In this document: piece by piece, positions 14,158 to 26,212 of the stretch | How positions within the stretch are numbered: the stretch's first letter is position 1 | Layout: each line of letters begins with the position of its first letter | Position numbers and translations under genes: made by a program | Assembly: GCA_025201805.1 (NCBI GenBank) | Contig: MU619318.1 | Coordinates: 1 to 64,000 of the forward strand | Length of the DNA: 64,000 nt | DNA from: Parasitella parasitica NRRL 2501 | Lineage: Eukaryota; Fungi; Mucoromycota | Reading direction: 5' to 3' | Notes under the pieces: generated by a model | Told to the model about the DNA's origin: nothing | What the model saw: the letters and a program-made list of their open reading frames with translations, nothing else | Database searches by the model: none

Positions 14158-15239
14158 TGGATGTTCATGTGTTGCATGTAGCGATTGTTTGCTTGTGATG
14201 GAATAACGCGCGACATCTGCGGTGATGGAGAGATGCCATTCCCTTGAAAATTCTGTACAGGTAAACTTACGTTCGGATTCATTGGCGAAACTGTCGTTTT
14301 TATCACAAAAGGCGTCAATGGTTACGGCATAATACACCAACAAGAGTAACAACACTTACCAGCATAATCCGATCCAATCCTTGAGCCTGCTAAATGAGGG
14401 CTATTTGCAATGACAGGCGAGTTTATTGGATTTCCAGGGAAATGCGTATTATTCAAGGCAGGAGATTGACTGGGAGATTGTTTGGCTATAAAAGGTGAAC
14501 GAGTCAATAGGTGCCCTGATTTTGACATGTAAATCAAATATACCTCTATTCATTGCCATTGCAGCTTGCTGTTGTTGTTGTTGGAACATGAGCGCTTGAG
14601 GTGTGTTTGGCATCATATTACCACTGCCTTGAAACATGTTTCTATTCTGAAAATGCGCTTGCAATGCAGCTGCAAAAAAAAAAACGGTAGTTTAGATATA
14701 TATAATAAAAAAAAATAACACACTGTGATTAATGTCAATTTACCTGGACTATTGCTACCTTGTAGTGCCATCATACTTTGAGGGGAATACATAGATTGTG
14801 GATGAGATGTTTGTCTCATGTTTGGCTGCTGCTGCTGTTGTTGTTGTTGTTGAAGTGAGGCGACATTCATACCCTCCATCAACGATGGATTTGTTTGAAT
14901 GAACGGATTAATGCCACTCAAATCAGCTTGGTTAAGAGCTGCAAAGTCATTCTGACTAAAGTTCATACCACCACCACCACCACCACCACCGCCGCCACCA
15001 CCAAGATTTGCAGGGTTGAAAGGTACATTACCCAAACCAGCGCCAGCCAAAGGATTGAAATTGCGTAAATCAGGCTGTTGAGGTATTTGCTGTTGCTGTT
15101 GATTTTGCTGTTGTTGCTGCTGCTGTTGTTGCTGTTGCTGCTGCTGTTGCTGTTGGAAAGACATTAAAAAATTAGGGTTGCCTTGCTGATTATTCATGTT
15201 CAAGCCCTGCTGAGCAGCTGCAAAAAGTTTAGGATCCAT
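12057..15239 (-). CDS. SWI/SNF subunit Swi1/ARID1 (BAF250)-like protein with a long Q/N/P-rich N-terminus, 3 introns
   Basis: Motifs RNVETYGGVDL, LGLIDIQALIMSLKSGMKMELANALNVLTVLT and ERCLCIFNILRNLSFMVENIEYLA match the Swi1/Sol1 C-terminal armadillo-like region. ORFs 14613-15239, 14449-14664, 14322-14537 and 12057-14318 splice in frame. Confidence 0.75.
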
Positions 15240-15604
15240 TCGAGCTCTATTTTATTTTGCGTCGTTGATCACACAAGTCGCGTGGAAGAGCTCAAGTAAA
15301 ACGGATGTACAGGCTAAAAAGGTTCACGAGTACCACTAAACTACTACAAAAGATATTCAATTTCTAGCCCTTTCAAACGGATTAAAAGGAAAAAGGAACA
15401 TAATTAAACCAAAGACACTCACGTTCTTTTACTATCAACTCGCAATGGTCCTGACTGGATGTACGCAAAAGCTAAAATCTCGAAAGCCCCACCACAAGGT
15501 GGAAGCGCTCCAAGTGACGTAGATTTGGAAGAGTCACTTGCATGTCTTCCAATATGGAGGGTACTACAGGTGCATTGAATGGGCGCAACTTCTTTCATCT
15601 TGAA

Positions 15605-18306
15605 ATGTCTACTGATAACCTATTATATGCAGAAGATGATCCAGATATCTATCTTGTAGAGTCCAGCGTACCAGATGTTCGAGCATTTGAGCAAAAGACA
15701 CGGTAACTATTCCAGAGAGCCCACTTGAATATTGTCAGATGTTGAACATCATCGCTAGAAATGCTATAGAAACTCAGAAAGAAGAGCTGCGTGCCATGGT
15801 TGGGTAATTATAGCAATAGACTACTTGACATGTGCTTGCAAATTAACGCCTTTCATCAGAGAGCAATACCAAGACCTTATATCTGCAGCAGATGCCATCA
15901 TTACCATGAGCAAAAACGCTCAGGCCCTTCAATCCAGCTTTGAACGAATGCAAGATGCTTGTGATAAGGACAAAATAAAGCAAGCTTCAAAAAGGGCACT
16001 ACAGTTGCGCGACGAGAAGAGTAACCAAAGTAAATACGCTTATATTGGACACTCTACTACCACATCCTCTGATCCTATATTTAGCCAACATCGATACAAA
16101 GCGCAGATACATCTATGTCATTGCTGCTTTGGCAAAATCACTTGCTGATGTGCCCGAGCAGATTTGGCACGCATTGGAAAACCATCGATATCTTCACGCA
16201 AGTCGCCTGTTTATCTTGGCCAAGAAAGTGCACGAGTATCTGGATCAAGAAACGGAAAAGTCGACCATCGACATTGAAGTAGCGTTTCCCGTCATACAAA
16301 GACAGTGGGATGCAGTGAGCACATTCGGGCCGCAGATAATCCAAAGATCTGCACATTATCTTCGTGTCTCAGAGCAAACAACCGAGGTAATGATGACTCT
16401 GGCATTTTTTTTTTTTTACATAGATGAGCATTTAATAAGCGTTTTAATAGCACATTGCAGAAGTGGTTGTTGCATTGATGCTCTTGGACGATCATACATA
16501 CAAACAGTCCATTGAAAAATTGTTGGAAATGCGATCAAATGTGATTCGAGATATTCTTGAGCAATATACCAAAAGTACCGACAATGCAAATCATAGAATT
16601 ACACATCAATTAAGAGAAGTGTCGCTGATTATCAAACGCACTTTGATTCAAGTATTTGATATATTCGTCTCAAAAGAAGGTGGGCATCAGAAAACCCTTG
16701 TCGAATCCTATGTGGCGTCGTTTCTAAGGACATTTTTGATCCCCTCTAAATCGAGCCATGGCAATGAGACTCCCAGTCAGCCGGCTATTACACGCCTATT
16801 TTCGCCCAGCTCCAACGTTCATTTGATTGTTCGTTATTTACCTGAGTCTATACAAAACTACAAGCCTCACTTTGATCCTTTGCCCAAAGTGCTCACTGTC
16901 GACGTACAGCAACTAATCTCTGTTTGGATGGCAGATGTAGAGGCAATACTCAGAGATCAGTTACCACGTACATTGTCGCAGATACAAAATCAAGCTGAAT
17001 TGATTCAGATCAGATCAAAATTATGGGAGTTGTTGGATGACGATGAGAACACAAGAGACAAAACCAACAAATGGCAAATTGCAGTCAAGCATCTGCTGTC
17101 AGCACGCTATTCCTTATGGAGCTCCTTGTACCGCGGTGTGTTTAATAACTGTTCCAAGAAACTCATTGACAGCGCTTTCGACGATTTGACACAGCAACCT
17201 ACCCAGGTGGTATGGCCTCTGATTGCGGACCCTAAAAAATCACGACCTAGAAACGACTTTTCATTGACAATCAAGATCTGGCCCAGTCCAGCCAAGCATC
17301 AATCTGCATTTGCGCTACCCAATCTTTCATCATCACAAGAAATCGAACAATTCAAAGCTTCTCTCAAGGACACAGCAAGCGATAAGACCGATAAACTAAG
17401 CAAGCTTCAAACCTCTTTCGATACGACATTGCACACCATTCGAAAGGATGTTCAACAGTACTTTGTCCACACAGACCAAGATAATTTTCATGAGCAAGAG
17501 TGAGTCTAGTTGTTTGCATTAATCATGGCACTAAATTGCGTTTTCGTAGCGATATGGACATGATCAAAAACTATTTTCAAGATCAATGCCACCAGGCTGT
17601 AAAAACTTATGCTGCAAACCTATCTTCGCTGATCAAACTGACGAGCGACTGGGCAGATCAGAAGATGACCAATGAGGTTTCCATCTTCTTGGGTCGTCTT
17701 GCACGAAATATCGGCTTGCTATCCAAAGAGTTGCCAAATGCCATTTCGTTACCGACAGACGAAACCAAGCCAGTATTTGAATTGAAGAGCAGCATCAACA
17801 AAGATGTCAAATATGTCACTATTCAAAATACCTTGCTGGACAGATATCGTGAGATGCATGCATCATGGATTGACTGGCTTGAAAAGGAGTTTTGTCAAAA
17901 GCTCAAAGCAGGCCTACTGTCAACAAAGTGGAACGACCACTGTCCGTCTATTGCCGTATGGGAGGCGGTAGAGGAGGGCATGAAGCTGCCAATACAATCA
18001 TCCAATATTATTACAAGAGGATTGTTTTCTGTTTGCCAAGAAATTCAGCGAGTCAATAGCTCCATGCTGGATCAAACCATCATGGTTGCCCTTAGAAAGC
18101 AATTATCAAACGCCGTCAAACGAGTGTTTCTGTCATCCATTCCTCTACTTGAGTTGACAGAAAATGGCGCATTGCAGCTGATGTTTGATTACTTGTTTTT
18201 GTGCACAGTATTGCAACAAGATATCAAGTATAACAACGAAATCATTGATACTATGGAGGGCCATGTAAGTGCTATCCCTTGATATGTCCTCTTTTTTCTC
18301 TCCCTC

Positions 18307-18362
<56 letters not shown>

Positions 18363-18684
18363 ATTATGAGCCTGTAGATTGATCCTATCAACTGGGAAAG
18401 CTATAAACCACACATGAAGCCTAGCGTAAACAGATTTTACATGAAACAAGCATTGGTTTTTGGCGTTCTGACAAGCGCAGATAATGAAACGTACGAAAGG
18501 TAATAACCATATTTATTGCTTGGCATTTTTTAATTTTACGGCTAAAATGAAATGTAGAGCGCGAAAGACAATGTCAAATCAACAGCAGGGCCAATATAAT
18601 GTATTGCCATTAGCACCTCAAGCAACTAGATTCACATTACTTCCCATTGGCCATTTGAGCTTTTCATCGTTGAAAGCTAGATAG
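15605..18684 (+). CDS. COG1: Conserved oligomeric Golgi complex subunit 1 (Vps51/Vps67 N-terminal domain), multi-exon
   Basis: KEELRAMVG-EQYQDLISAADAIITM (Vps51/Cog1 motif), DVPEQIWHALE, QLMFDYLFL, IDPINWESY, C-terminal RFTLLPI. ATG at 15605. Confidence 0.85.
18310..18361. repeat. (CT)n microsatellite in a COG1 intron
   Basis: ~25 perfect CT units. Confidence 0.95.
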
Positions 18685-18781
18685 TTGATATTCTAATAAA
18701 ATGCATTTAAAAAGAATGCTCACGTTGTAAATATCACTTCTTTGCTCTTTCTTTCTCTTTTCTTTTTTTTTTACGCTACAC

Positions 18782-19033
18782 ATGAAGTTCCACATCTCAC
18801 TCATCGTCTCACTGCTATTTGTTACATTGACTTTAGCTGCTGTGCCGCCTATTCGATCATTGCATCAATGTAGGATATAGTCTCGTTCCAACGCCGTTGT
18901 TTGGATATTACTAATGCTTTGTACACCTATAACAATAGTATGTGGACAAAACTTGGTCTGTTCAGATTATACATATTGCCGTAGACAGACTGGCTCCGTT
19001 TATGGCACTTGCGAGGACCCTACTCATGTCTAA
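18782..19033 (+). CDS. Small secreted cysteine-rich peptide, 60 aa, two exons (18782-18869, 18939-19033)
   Basis: Spliced product MKFHISLIVSLLFVTLTLAAVPPIRSLHQLCGQNLVCSDYTYCRRQTGSVYGTCEDPTHV*. Signal peptide; 69-nt GT..ctaat..AG intron restores the frame; AATAAA downstream at ~19088. Confidence 0.75.
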
Positions 19034-19200
19034 CCAGAGCATTTCCCAAATATTTACATTTTTTTTTTTTTTTGAAATGGCCATGTAAATAAAACGGGTT
19101 TGTTTACGTCAAAACATTTATCCAGCATACTACAGTAGAAAATAGCAGATAAATGATAATTAAGAGAGGATATGAGCAATAAAAAATGTATTTAAATAAT

Positions 19201-20678
19201 CTAGAAAAAGTAAGCAGCGGCCACAATGGCTACAAAGAAAGAAGGTGCCTTCAAGGAATTGGCGCTGGATTGGGAAGCGTCAGCATTGGCTGCAAGCTTA
19301 ATATTGGTTACTTCTGCAGCATTGGAAGGCTCGGCAGATGATGTAGCTTCAGCAGAAGCAGAAGCTGCAGCAGCAGCAATAGAATTCGTAGTAGCTGCTG
19401 CTGCGGCACTGGTAGAGGAAACAATTACAGATGATGATGTGGTAGTGGTATTGCCAATAAGAGGATTTTGTTCAGTTGGATATTGCCAGTTTGTTTCCCA
19501 GTAAGGCTGAGATACATTCATACATTGCTGAATAGTGACAACATTGAAAGCCTTTTGAAGTTGAGGGAGCCAGTGCTCAGTCATATTGACAGTAGAGTTA
19601 TTCAGCTCATGCTCAAGGATGATATGGCCGTGTTCACTGTCCTTTCCGCTTTCTCTAGCTTTGATCCAGCCCTCAAAATAACCATCGACAGTTTTGGGTG
19701 CCAGTGATCCGCCACCTTCTCCAGGCATATCCCAATCATTCTAAGAAGATAAAAAAAAAAAGGTTAATCCTTATCTAAGGCCAACATATGGTATAGACTT
19801 ACAGTGTCTTCATCCCAGAGAATAGTCTGCAAACCCATTTGGTGAGCAATAGCACGAACACGATCATCAACATCGCCATAAGGAGGTCTCCAACATTTGG
19901 TAGTGATACCGGTAGCGTCCTTGATGGCTCGAAGAGTCCAGTACAGCTCGGCAACAACCTTTTCGTTGGACTGAGTGGTCATTTGAGGGTGAGACCAAGT
20001 ATGGACGCAAAGAACATGGCCATTGTTAAGAGCTCTGACTGCAGCAGCAGGATAGGTGGCTACATTTGAGCCAATATAGAAAAGAGTAGCTTTTTGGTCG
20101 TTTGTTTTAGCCAAGTAATTATACAGCTCAGGCTCGGCCCACTTGTCAAGAGCCTCTTCACCAGCGAGATTGAAGGGTCCATCATCGTAGTTGAGCCCCC
20201 AATCACCAGCATTAGGGCAATAAGAAATATCTTGAGGCAAGTAACTAGCCTTGGGCTTGACACAGTTTGTTGAACTCCACCAACAGTAGTCATCTTTAGC
20301 ATCATCGTAGCCAGACATGTCGATATCTCCAGCGGATGTAGTCTTGCGAACAGGAGCCTTCGGGACCTTGGTCCAATCAATGGCAGCAATTACAGCCTTG
20401 ATTTCCTTTGATGTGGTAGAAGGTGAAGTCCAAGGATCAGGGTAGGCAGCGAGGTCTAATGTTTCTTGAGACAACGTGCTGCTAGTGTTCAATTCACCTG
20501 TGGGATACCCTGAATTTACGTCTTGAGGTACCGTAAAAGCAGGCAGCCAAGTGGGTGATTCAACAGCCAAAATACTAGCTGTAGTCGAAGTTGCTTTCTT
20601 TGTAGAACTGGTTGTGGTAGCAGCAGATACAAATGTACCCGTGGCAAGAAGTAGCGCACCGAAACCTGTGATATACAT
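19201..20678 (-). CDS. Chitin deacetylase (CE4/NodB), secreted, probably GPI-anchored; intron 19741-19802
   Basis: Signal peptide; CE4 motifs YDDGP, HTWSH, WRPPYGDVDDRVR, LWDEDTNDW, IILEH; S/T/A-rich tail with a hydrophobic C-terminus. Confidence 0.93.
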
Positions 20679-22577
20679 TGCAAACAAAGAGGGTTTGTTG
20701 AAGAAAAGGGGGATTGTGGGAGAGATGAGGCAACCTTTAAATATACTAAGGATTGAGATCGGGAATCACGGACCCTTAAACCCAATGTCTTCTATTTAAA
20801 AGCGCATGTTCATAGGCCGTCTTTATTTAACAAGTGTCGTAATATACCTTTTTGCAGATTCAAGATGTTCACTCCGTTTCAAACACTATTTGATCATGAT
20901 GTCTATATGGTGCTCATGGTGCCTACTGATACCTATTCACATCAACTATTGACTCAGTCGATATTAAAGACAAGGGACACTTATAGTAAAATTATACAGA
21001 ACAAGTTCTGTACAATCTTGGCTTTGGGAATTTCTGCTTTGCATTTTGTGTCATATAAACACAAAGAGTATCAGAACCATCTATTTTAAGAAGTGGATCG
21101 CGAGGTCATAGATTCATCATTGGCTGGATTTCAGTTATTAGTTACCTGGCAAAATAGACGTGTATCGTTAAAGCCGCGTTTTTACACATGTAAAAAGTTT
21201 CTGGAATAGTTGAGCCGTGGTTACCTTATACTGATGCTGTTGATTTAAATCGACGATTTTGTACTTTTAAATTGCAATATAGGATACATAACCATATCAC
21301 GCTGTTTAAGGATACACAAAATGGTAGAAGTATTTCCGCCGCTGATTACTCTAACGAAAAACGGCTCAACATTTTTGAACCTGACCATGAAATCAAACAT
21401 CTGCTCCATAATGTAAGTGATTGTGAGTCAATTGCAAGTTATTTTTAATAAACTTGAAGTGGTTCTATTTATAAATATGACACCAATATTTTTTAAAGAA
21501 ACTAATTATGACAAAATTGCACAAATGCAAATTGAATTTTTCCCTTTTGGACGAGTAATCCAAGTTACACTACGTTAAAATAAATTACTACCGTATCAGG
21601 CAAAAAGATTACTGTGTTTCCTGCAGAAAATCAAGTTTTACTTGCCCTTCGCCTGTACAACCTTTCAAAGACATGTTGCTTGGTGGAAACATTCCTCAAA
21701 CTTTCACGCAATGGCTCTAATTGCATTGTATATTTTCTTTTATTTTCTTTAAAGGCCAATCTGGAATCTTCGACTTGAGGTAAAAAAAAAAAAAACGATC
21801 TATAACGTTTAATCGTGCCAAATAAAAAATTTATAGCACGTGTTTGATGCCATTTTTGCATAACAAAAACTATGTATTACATGCACAGCAACACAATAAG
21901 GCAAGGAGCTTTTTCTTAAATGAATGAATGCGTGCCATACGAATAACTTGTTTCGATATTGTCTACCTGCAAATTAACAATAGGGGCAAGACCCGCGGCT
22001 CGACTAACCCCATCCCCACTCAATTTTGAACTCGAAATACGCTGCGAATAATGTAAACCAGACAGAAGATTGTATAACAAGTTTAATCAATATCCTAATG
22101 TCATTCATTTCATGAATTCAAGCATAAATAATACATACTTTTGCCTTTAAATTTAAGAATTCAAACTGCTGCAAAAGTATAGTTTAATACTATTTCAAAA
22201 GTATAGGTTATGTATATGAATTGAATTAAGATATTACGGTATATGAGATTTGATGCTCATGCAATAAAGTCTTTAACAAAGAAGGGATACTTAGGATAAT
22301 TTTTCCTTATTCGTTATGTCGTCTGTATAATCCCCATCAAGTTATCTTATAGTCACTTGAAACTCTTTCTCTAAATAAAACACTGTATTATAATATAAAA
22401 CTATTTAACAATAACTTGGTATGGGAAGTCAGTTTTTCTAAGAAACGTGGGAGGTGGCCACATTCACCGTTAGAACTACTCATAATTTGTAACAAAAATC
22501 AAAAATGACAGTAGATTTAGAACAGAACTTGGATATAAATGTGTAATGGTGTAAGAGCAGATTGTAAACCTGAACAG

Positions 22578-23000
22578 TTAGCAGTTAGCAGTAGACAATA
22601 ATAGCCAAGAATAAAAAATTCCATGCAGCAACAATAATACTTCTACTTTGAAACAGTTTTTTTTAGCTAAATAATCAACCCATTTCAATGCATGTTTTAG
22701 ACAACCTTGGCAAATTTTATTCTTATCTTTAGGTAACCTTTTGCAGTGCTGAACAAATAGTTTAGATATTGTCATTTGAAATAGTTTTTTTTTATTTTTA
22801 AAATATGTGTATCTGCTAAATTCAACAAGATTTATATGCTTAATAAGGCTATCGTACGGTTCCATAACACCAGAATAACAACTTTTCCTTCTACCTTTGT
22901 AAACAATTCCACATTTGATACGAATAATTTTCAAAGTTTACTTTATAAATCAACTGAAACATGAGCATTCCAGAATACAATGACAGCGTAACTTTGTACT
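22578..23000 (-). pseudogene. Possible highly decayed Tc1/IS630-like transposase C-terminal remnant
   Basis: Loose resemblance only: VIVFWNAHV (~VMDNAxIH), EPYDSLIKHINLVEF (~PPYSPxLNPIE), ICQGCLKHALKW (~CxGWIxHS). Confidence 0.25.
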
Positions 23001-24250
23001 TTGCGGCAGATTTTAACTCCAAGAACCACAGAATGGCTAATTCTTTGAAAATTCATAATAGTTCTAATGACTAGTGAGCCCCCCCCCCACATTATTTGTG
23101 CAAGCTTGAGGTATTAATAAGTTTAATAAACAAGTTATATTACGAAGATATACAAACGGTATCATGATTTTCAATTGAAGGGCTGAAATCAGCAAATAAC
23201 CTTGGTAATTTATGCTTTATTACGACTAGGGATCTGGGAAATTACAGTATCCTGTTTTTTAAATGCTTTTCAATCTTTTTATTTTGATGCACAGGTTATT
23301 CTTGCTAGAATATTTTGCGGATTTACAGTCAAAGAACAGATCTTATCACTCCAATTCAAGATAACCGCACCATAAACTTAAAAATTGCTGATCTTCGAGA
23401 CTAGAAAGATTAATTTGCACCAATTTGCCTGCCAGGATATGCGCTCGAAGGGATAAAACAAATTGAAGAAATCGCAAGTTTTCTCACCGAAAATAATAAA
23501 CAAATTGAAATAAACTACCAAGCATATTTTATTTTGCAAAGATGTGTATCTCTAATGTTTCAAAAGCCATCTTAGCAAGAAAGCTCGCCACGTTCGGTAG
23601 ACTGGCTACGGTCTTCTTCGCAGAGCTGACCTCACGTGCCTTTCTTCGATTAAGCCGATTAAACCCTCAAAGTGGGAAAATGCATATGATAACTGATGGC
23701 GAGGTTCAAACAATAGATGCAAACAATAAGCCCATTTGATAAATCTCTGAAAGTCAAACCGAGCTGTTTCACAATAATGCGACGATTTTTGTGTATGGAT
23801 TCAGGGACACAATGCAGACGGTTGAGTAGTCGTGCCACTTTTTTCTTTTTTGCTTTTGTTATCATACATGTTGGGGTTTGGTCGAGTATAAAAACTGCTA
23901 ATTGTAACCAGCCGAGATGATATTGTAGCTTTTTTTTTTTTTTCGTGCTGTTAGCCACAAATGTGTATAAATGTCTTTTGCAGTTAACGTTGTATGATGA
24001 AACGATCATTGCAAAGCGTTTTCCATTGTGTCAATTCAATTTTTTATTGTTCAATGGAAAGATATGGATAGAATCATTATAAAGTCAGATCTGATTCACC
24101 TTGCTTTCAAGCTCTATTTCAAATATATGATGTGTGTTATATATAAACCATTGCTTTAGAATAAGCGTTTCCTCTTAGTTTCAGCTACATAGGCACGTAT
24201 TCCTGAACAAAAAAACCCACTTCTTTTCATATCCTGCTTCAACGCTAAAT

Positions 24251-25562
24251 ATGCATAACAAAATGAACATAAATCAGATCATATCATCCAATATGAATTC
24301 AACGAACCCAAAAGCCATTGAACTTGCACCTATTAATGAAATGGCGTGTCTTTGTAAGTTCATCAGTCGTAAATTCACGTTTTATGTTAACGCTGCCCAT
24401 AGTCATTAAACCTACCAACGGCTTGAGCCATCTTCCTGCTTTTCTTGAACCTGCTCCTACCACAAAATATTACCGTTGTGATGGTATGTTTATTCCAAGA
24501 ATATTCTCTTCATTGAGTGGCGCCGTAAAAGATACCCCATCTCTTGTGCCTTCTTCAGCGTCTTCAATTTCTTCCGATGCATCAAATCCTCCTTCTCCTC
24601 TTTCAAACGAGAATCATCTTCATCAGCAATCATATATTCATACTGCCACATCCGAGATACCCAATCGAAACGCTCCGTTATTGCCACCTATTCAGCCCAG
24701 GCCTGAAAATATCTCTAAATGTCCTGTTGTTCATCACCTTCCGTTGCTTTATTGGCCAAGAAACAACAACGAAGCGCTGGTAGATGCATCTGGACTTCCG
24801 CTATCCCCTACTATGGTGGCTGCTTTTGCTGCCGCCACTGCAGCTTCTACTCAAAACCATGCTGGATCCCTGGCAGCAAATACATTTCTAAATTCTGCAA
24901 GTTTATCAGCAGGGGATGCTAATTCAGGTAACCAACAGCGCATGCATGAGGACGGTACAATGACTCCTGCCGGTGCTCCGTCTGTAAACAACGCTGCTTC
25001 CTCATTCTCTCATCAAACCCTCAATGCAAGTGAGTCATCACTTGCTCGTGTATCTCTCATGCCTCATGGCTCGAAACGTTCGCCTACGATGAGTGCTAAT
25101 CGACGAATGTTTCTGACAAAGAATGCGCATATCAAGCGTCCTCGTAATGCATGGATTCACGTAAGCTATCTGGGTTTACGACTAACGCACGGTATCCATT
25201 TACTAATCAAAACAAATAGTTTCGTTGCCATTACGGCCAGGCGCTAAAGTCTACAAACCCTACACTGCGAGCAGAGGAGATATCCAAGTAAGTTGGATGA
25301 TTTGCTGATGTCCAGCTTCATTAATACTTACAATGTTGATGTTAGGCGTGCCTCTCGTCGCTGGGCCCGTTTGTCTGAACATGAAAAGAAGCCGTGGCAT
25401 GGTTTAGCCGAGCAAGACAAGCAAGCTCACAAAGCAGCCTTCCCCGAATACAGATATTGTCCCAGGAGATCAAATACGGCTGGTATGCTTGCAAGTAAGA
25501 GCCGCCAAGGCGACAATGTGAACGCATCTGACGTATACAAGTCTCTTTCACCTCGTGTTTAA
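24251..25562 (+). CDS. HMG-box (MATA_HMG/Rox1-like) transcription factor; introns 24354-24402, 25161-25219, 25288-25345
   Basis: Spliced HMG box HIKRPRNAWIHFRCHYGQALKSTNPTLRAEEISKRASRRWARLSEHEKKPWHGLAEQDKQAHKAAFPEYRYCPRR. Confidence 0.92.
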
Positions 25563-26212
25563 GTCTATAGGGTCTCGGTATCTCCCCTCTGTCTAAAATA
25601 ATAATAATAATAATAATAATAAAACTGCTTGTGCATGATCAGTAAACTATGTGCCATTGCTGTGTCATTATGATGTTGAAATCACGAGAATGCTGAGGGA
25701 ATGTCAAACAATCTAGAATACAATAGTATATTTTCTTTTCCAATGCTAGATGGATAATTTAGAGAGATCAATAAAAATAGAATTTGGAATCTGAAAAAAG
25801 TTGATTTTTCTACCCAAAAACAGCATACAAGTAGTACGTTATTTTACTCCTGAACAGGATGGGTATTTGATTTCCCTGTATTTATGTAATTGTATACAAA
25901 CATCAGGCTGAATACTAGTTCTTACGATTGTTTACAACAGTAACTGAGCTTTGTGGCTGAATAGGAACATGAAAGATGTGTATCAACCAAAAATAAGCCA
26001 TTTCTCCATTTTAGATGTTTTATTTATTGTTATAGAAAAAAGATATTTTAAATCTGTTACACAATACGCAATGTTTTATGATAAACTGCTGCATACGCTG
26101 TTTTGTACCACCATCAAGTCTTTGCTGTACGTTATTTCTTGCATTTAAAAAGAGATGGGAGCTGCCGTCTTGTCGTTTTTCTTTCTTTCTTTCAATCTCT
26201 ATTCAGCAAAAA

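Noticed and set aside
2598-14355. Many short ORFs antisense to or frame-shifted within VPS13 and the SWI1-like gene
   Set aside because: Shadows of the real coding exons, with no independent motifs
21980-22040. tRNA-like GC-rich patch
   Set aside because: No cloverleaf or TTCGA T-loop in proper context
24251-25562. Mating-type sexP/sexM locus
   Set aside because: Mucorales sex genes are flanked by tptA and rnhA (or algA/glrA). Neither is present, and this HMG gene has three introns and a C-terminal box.
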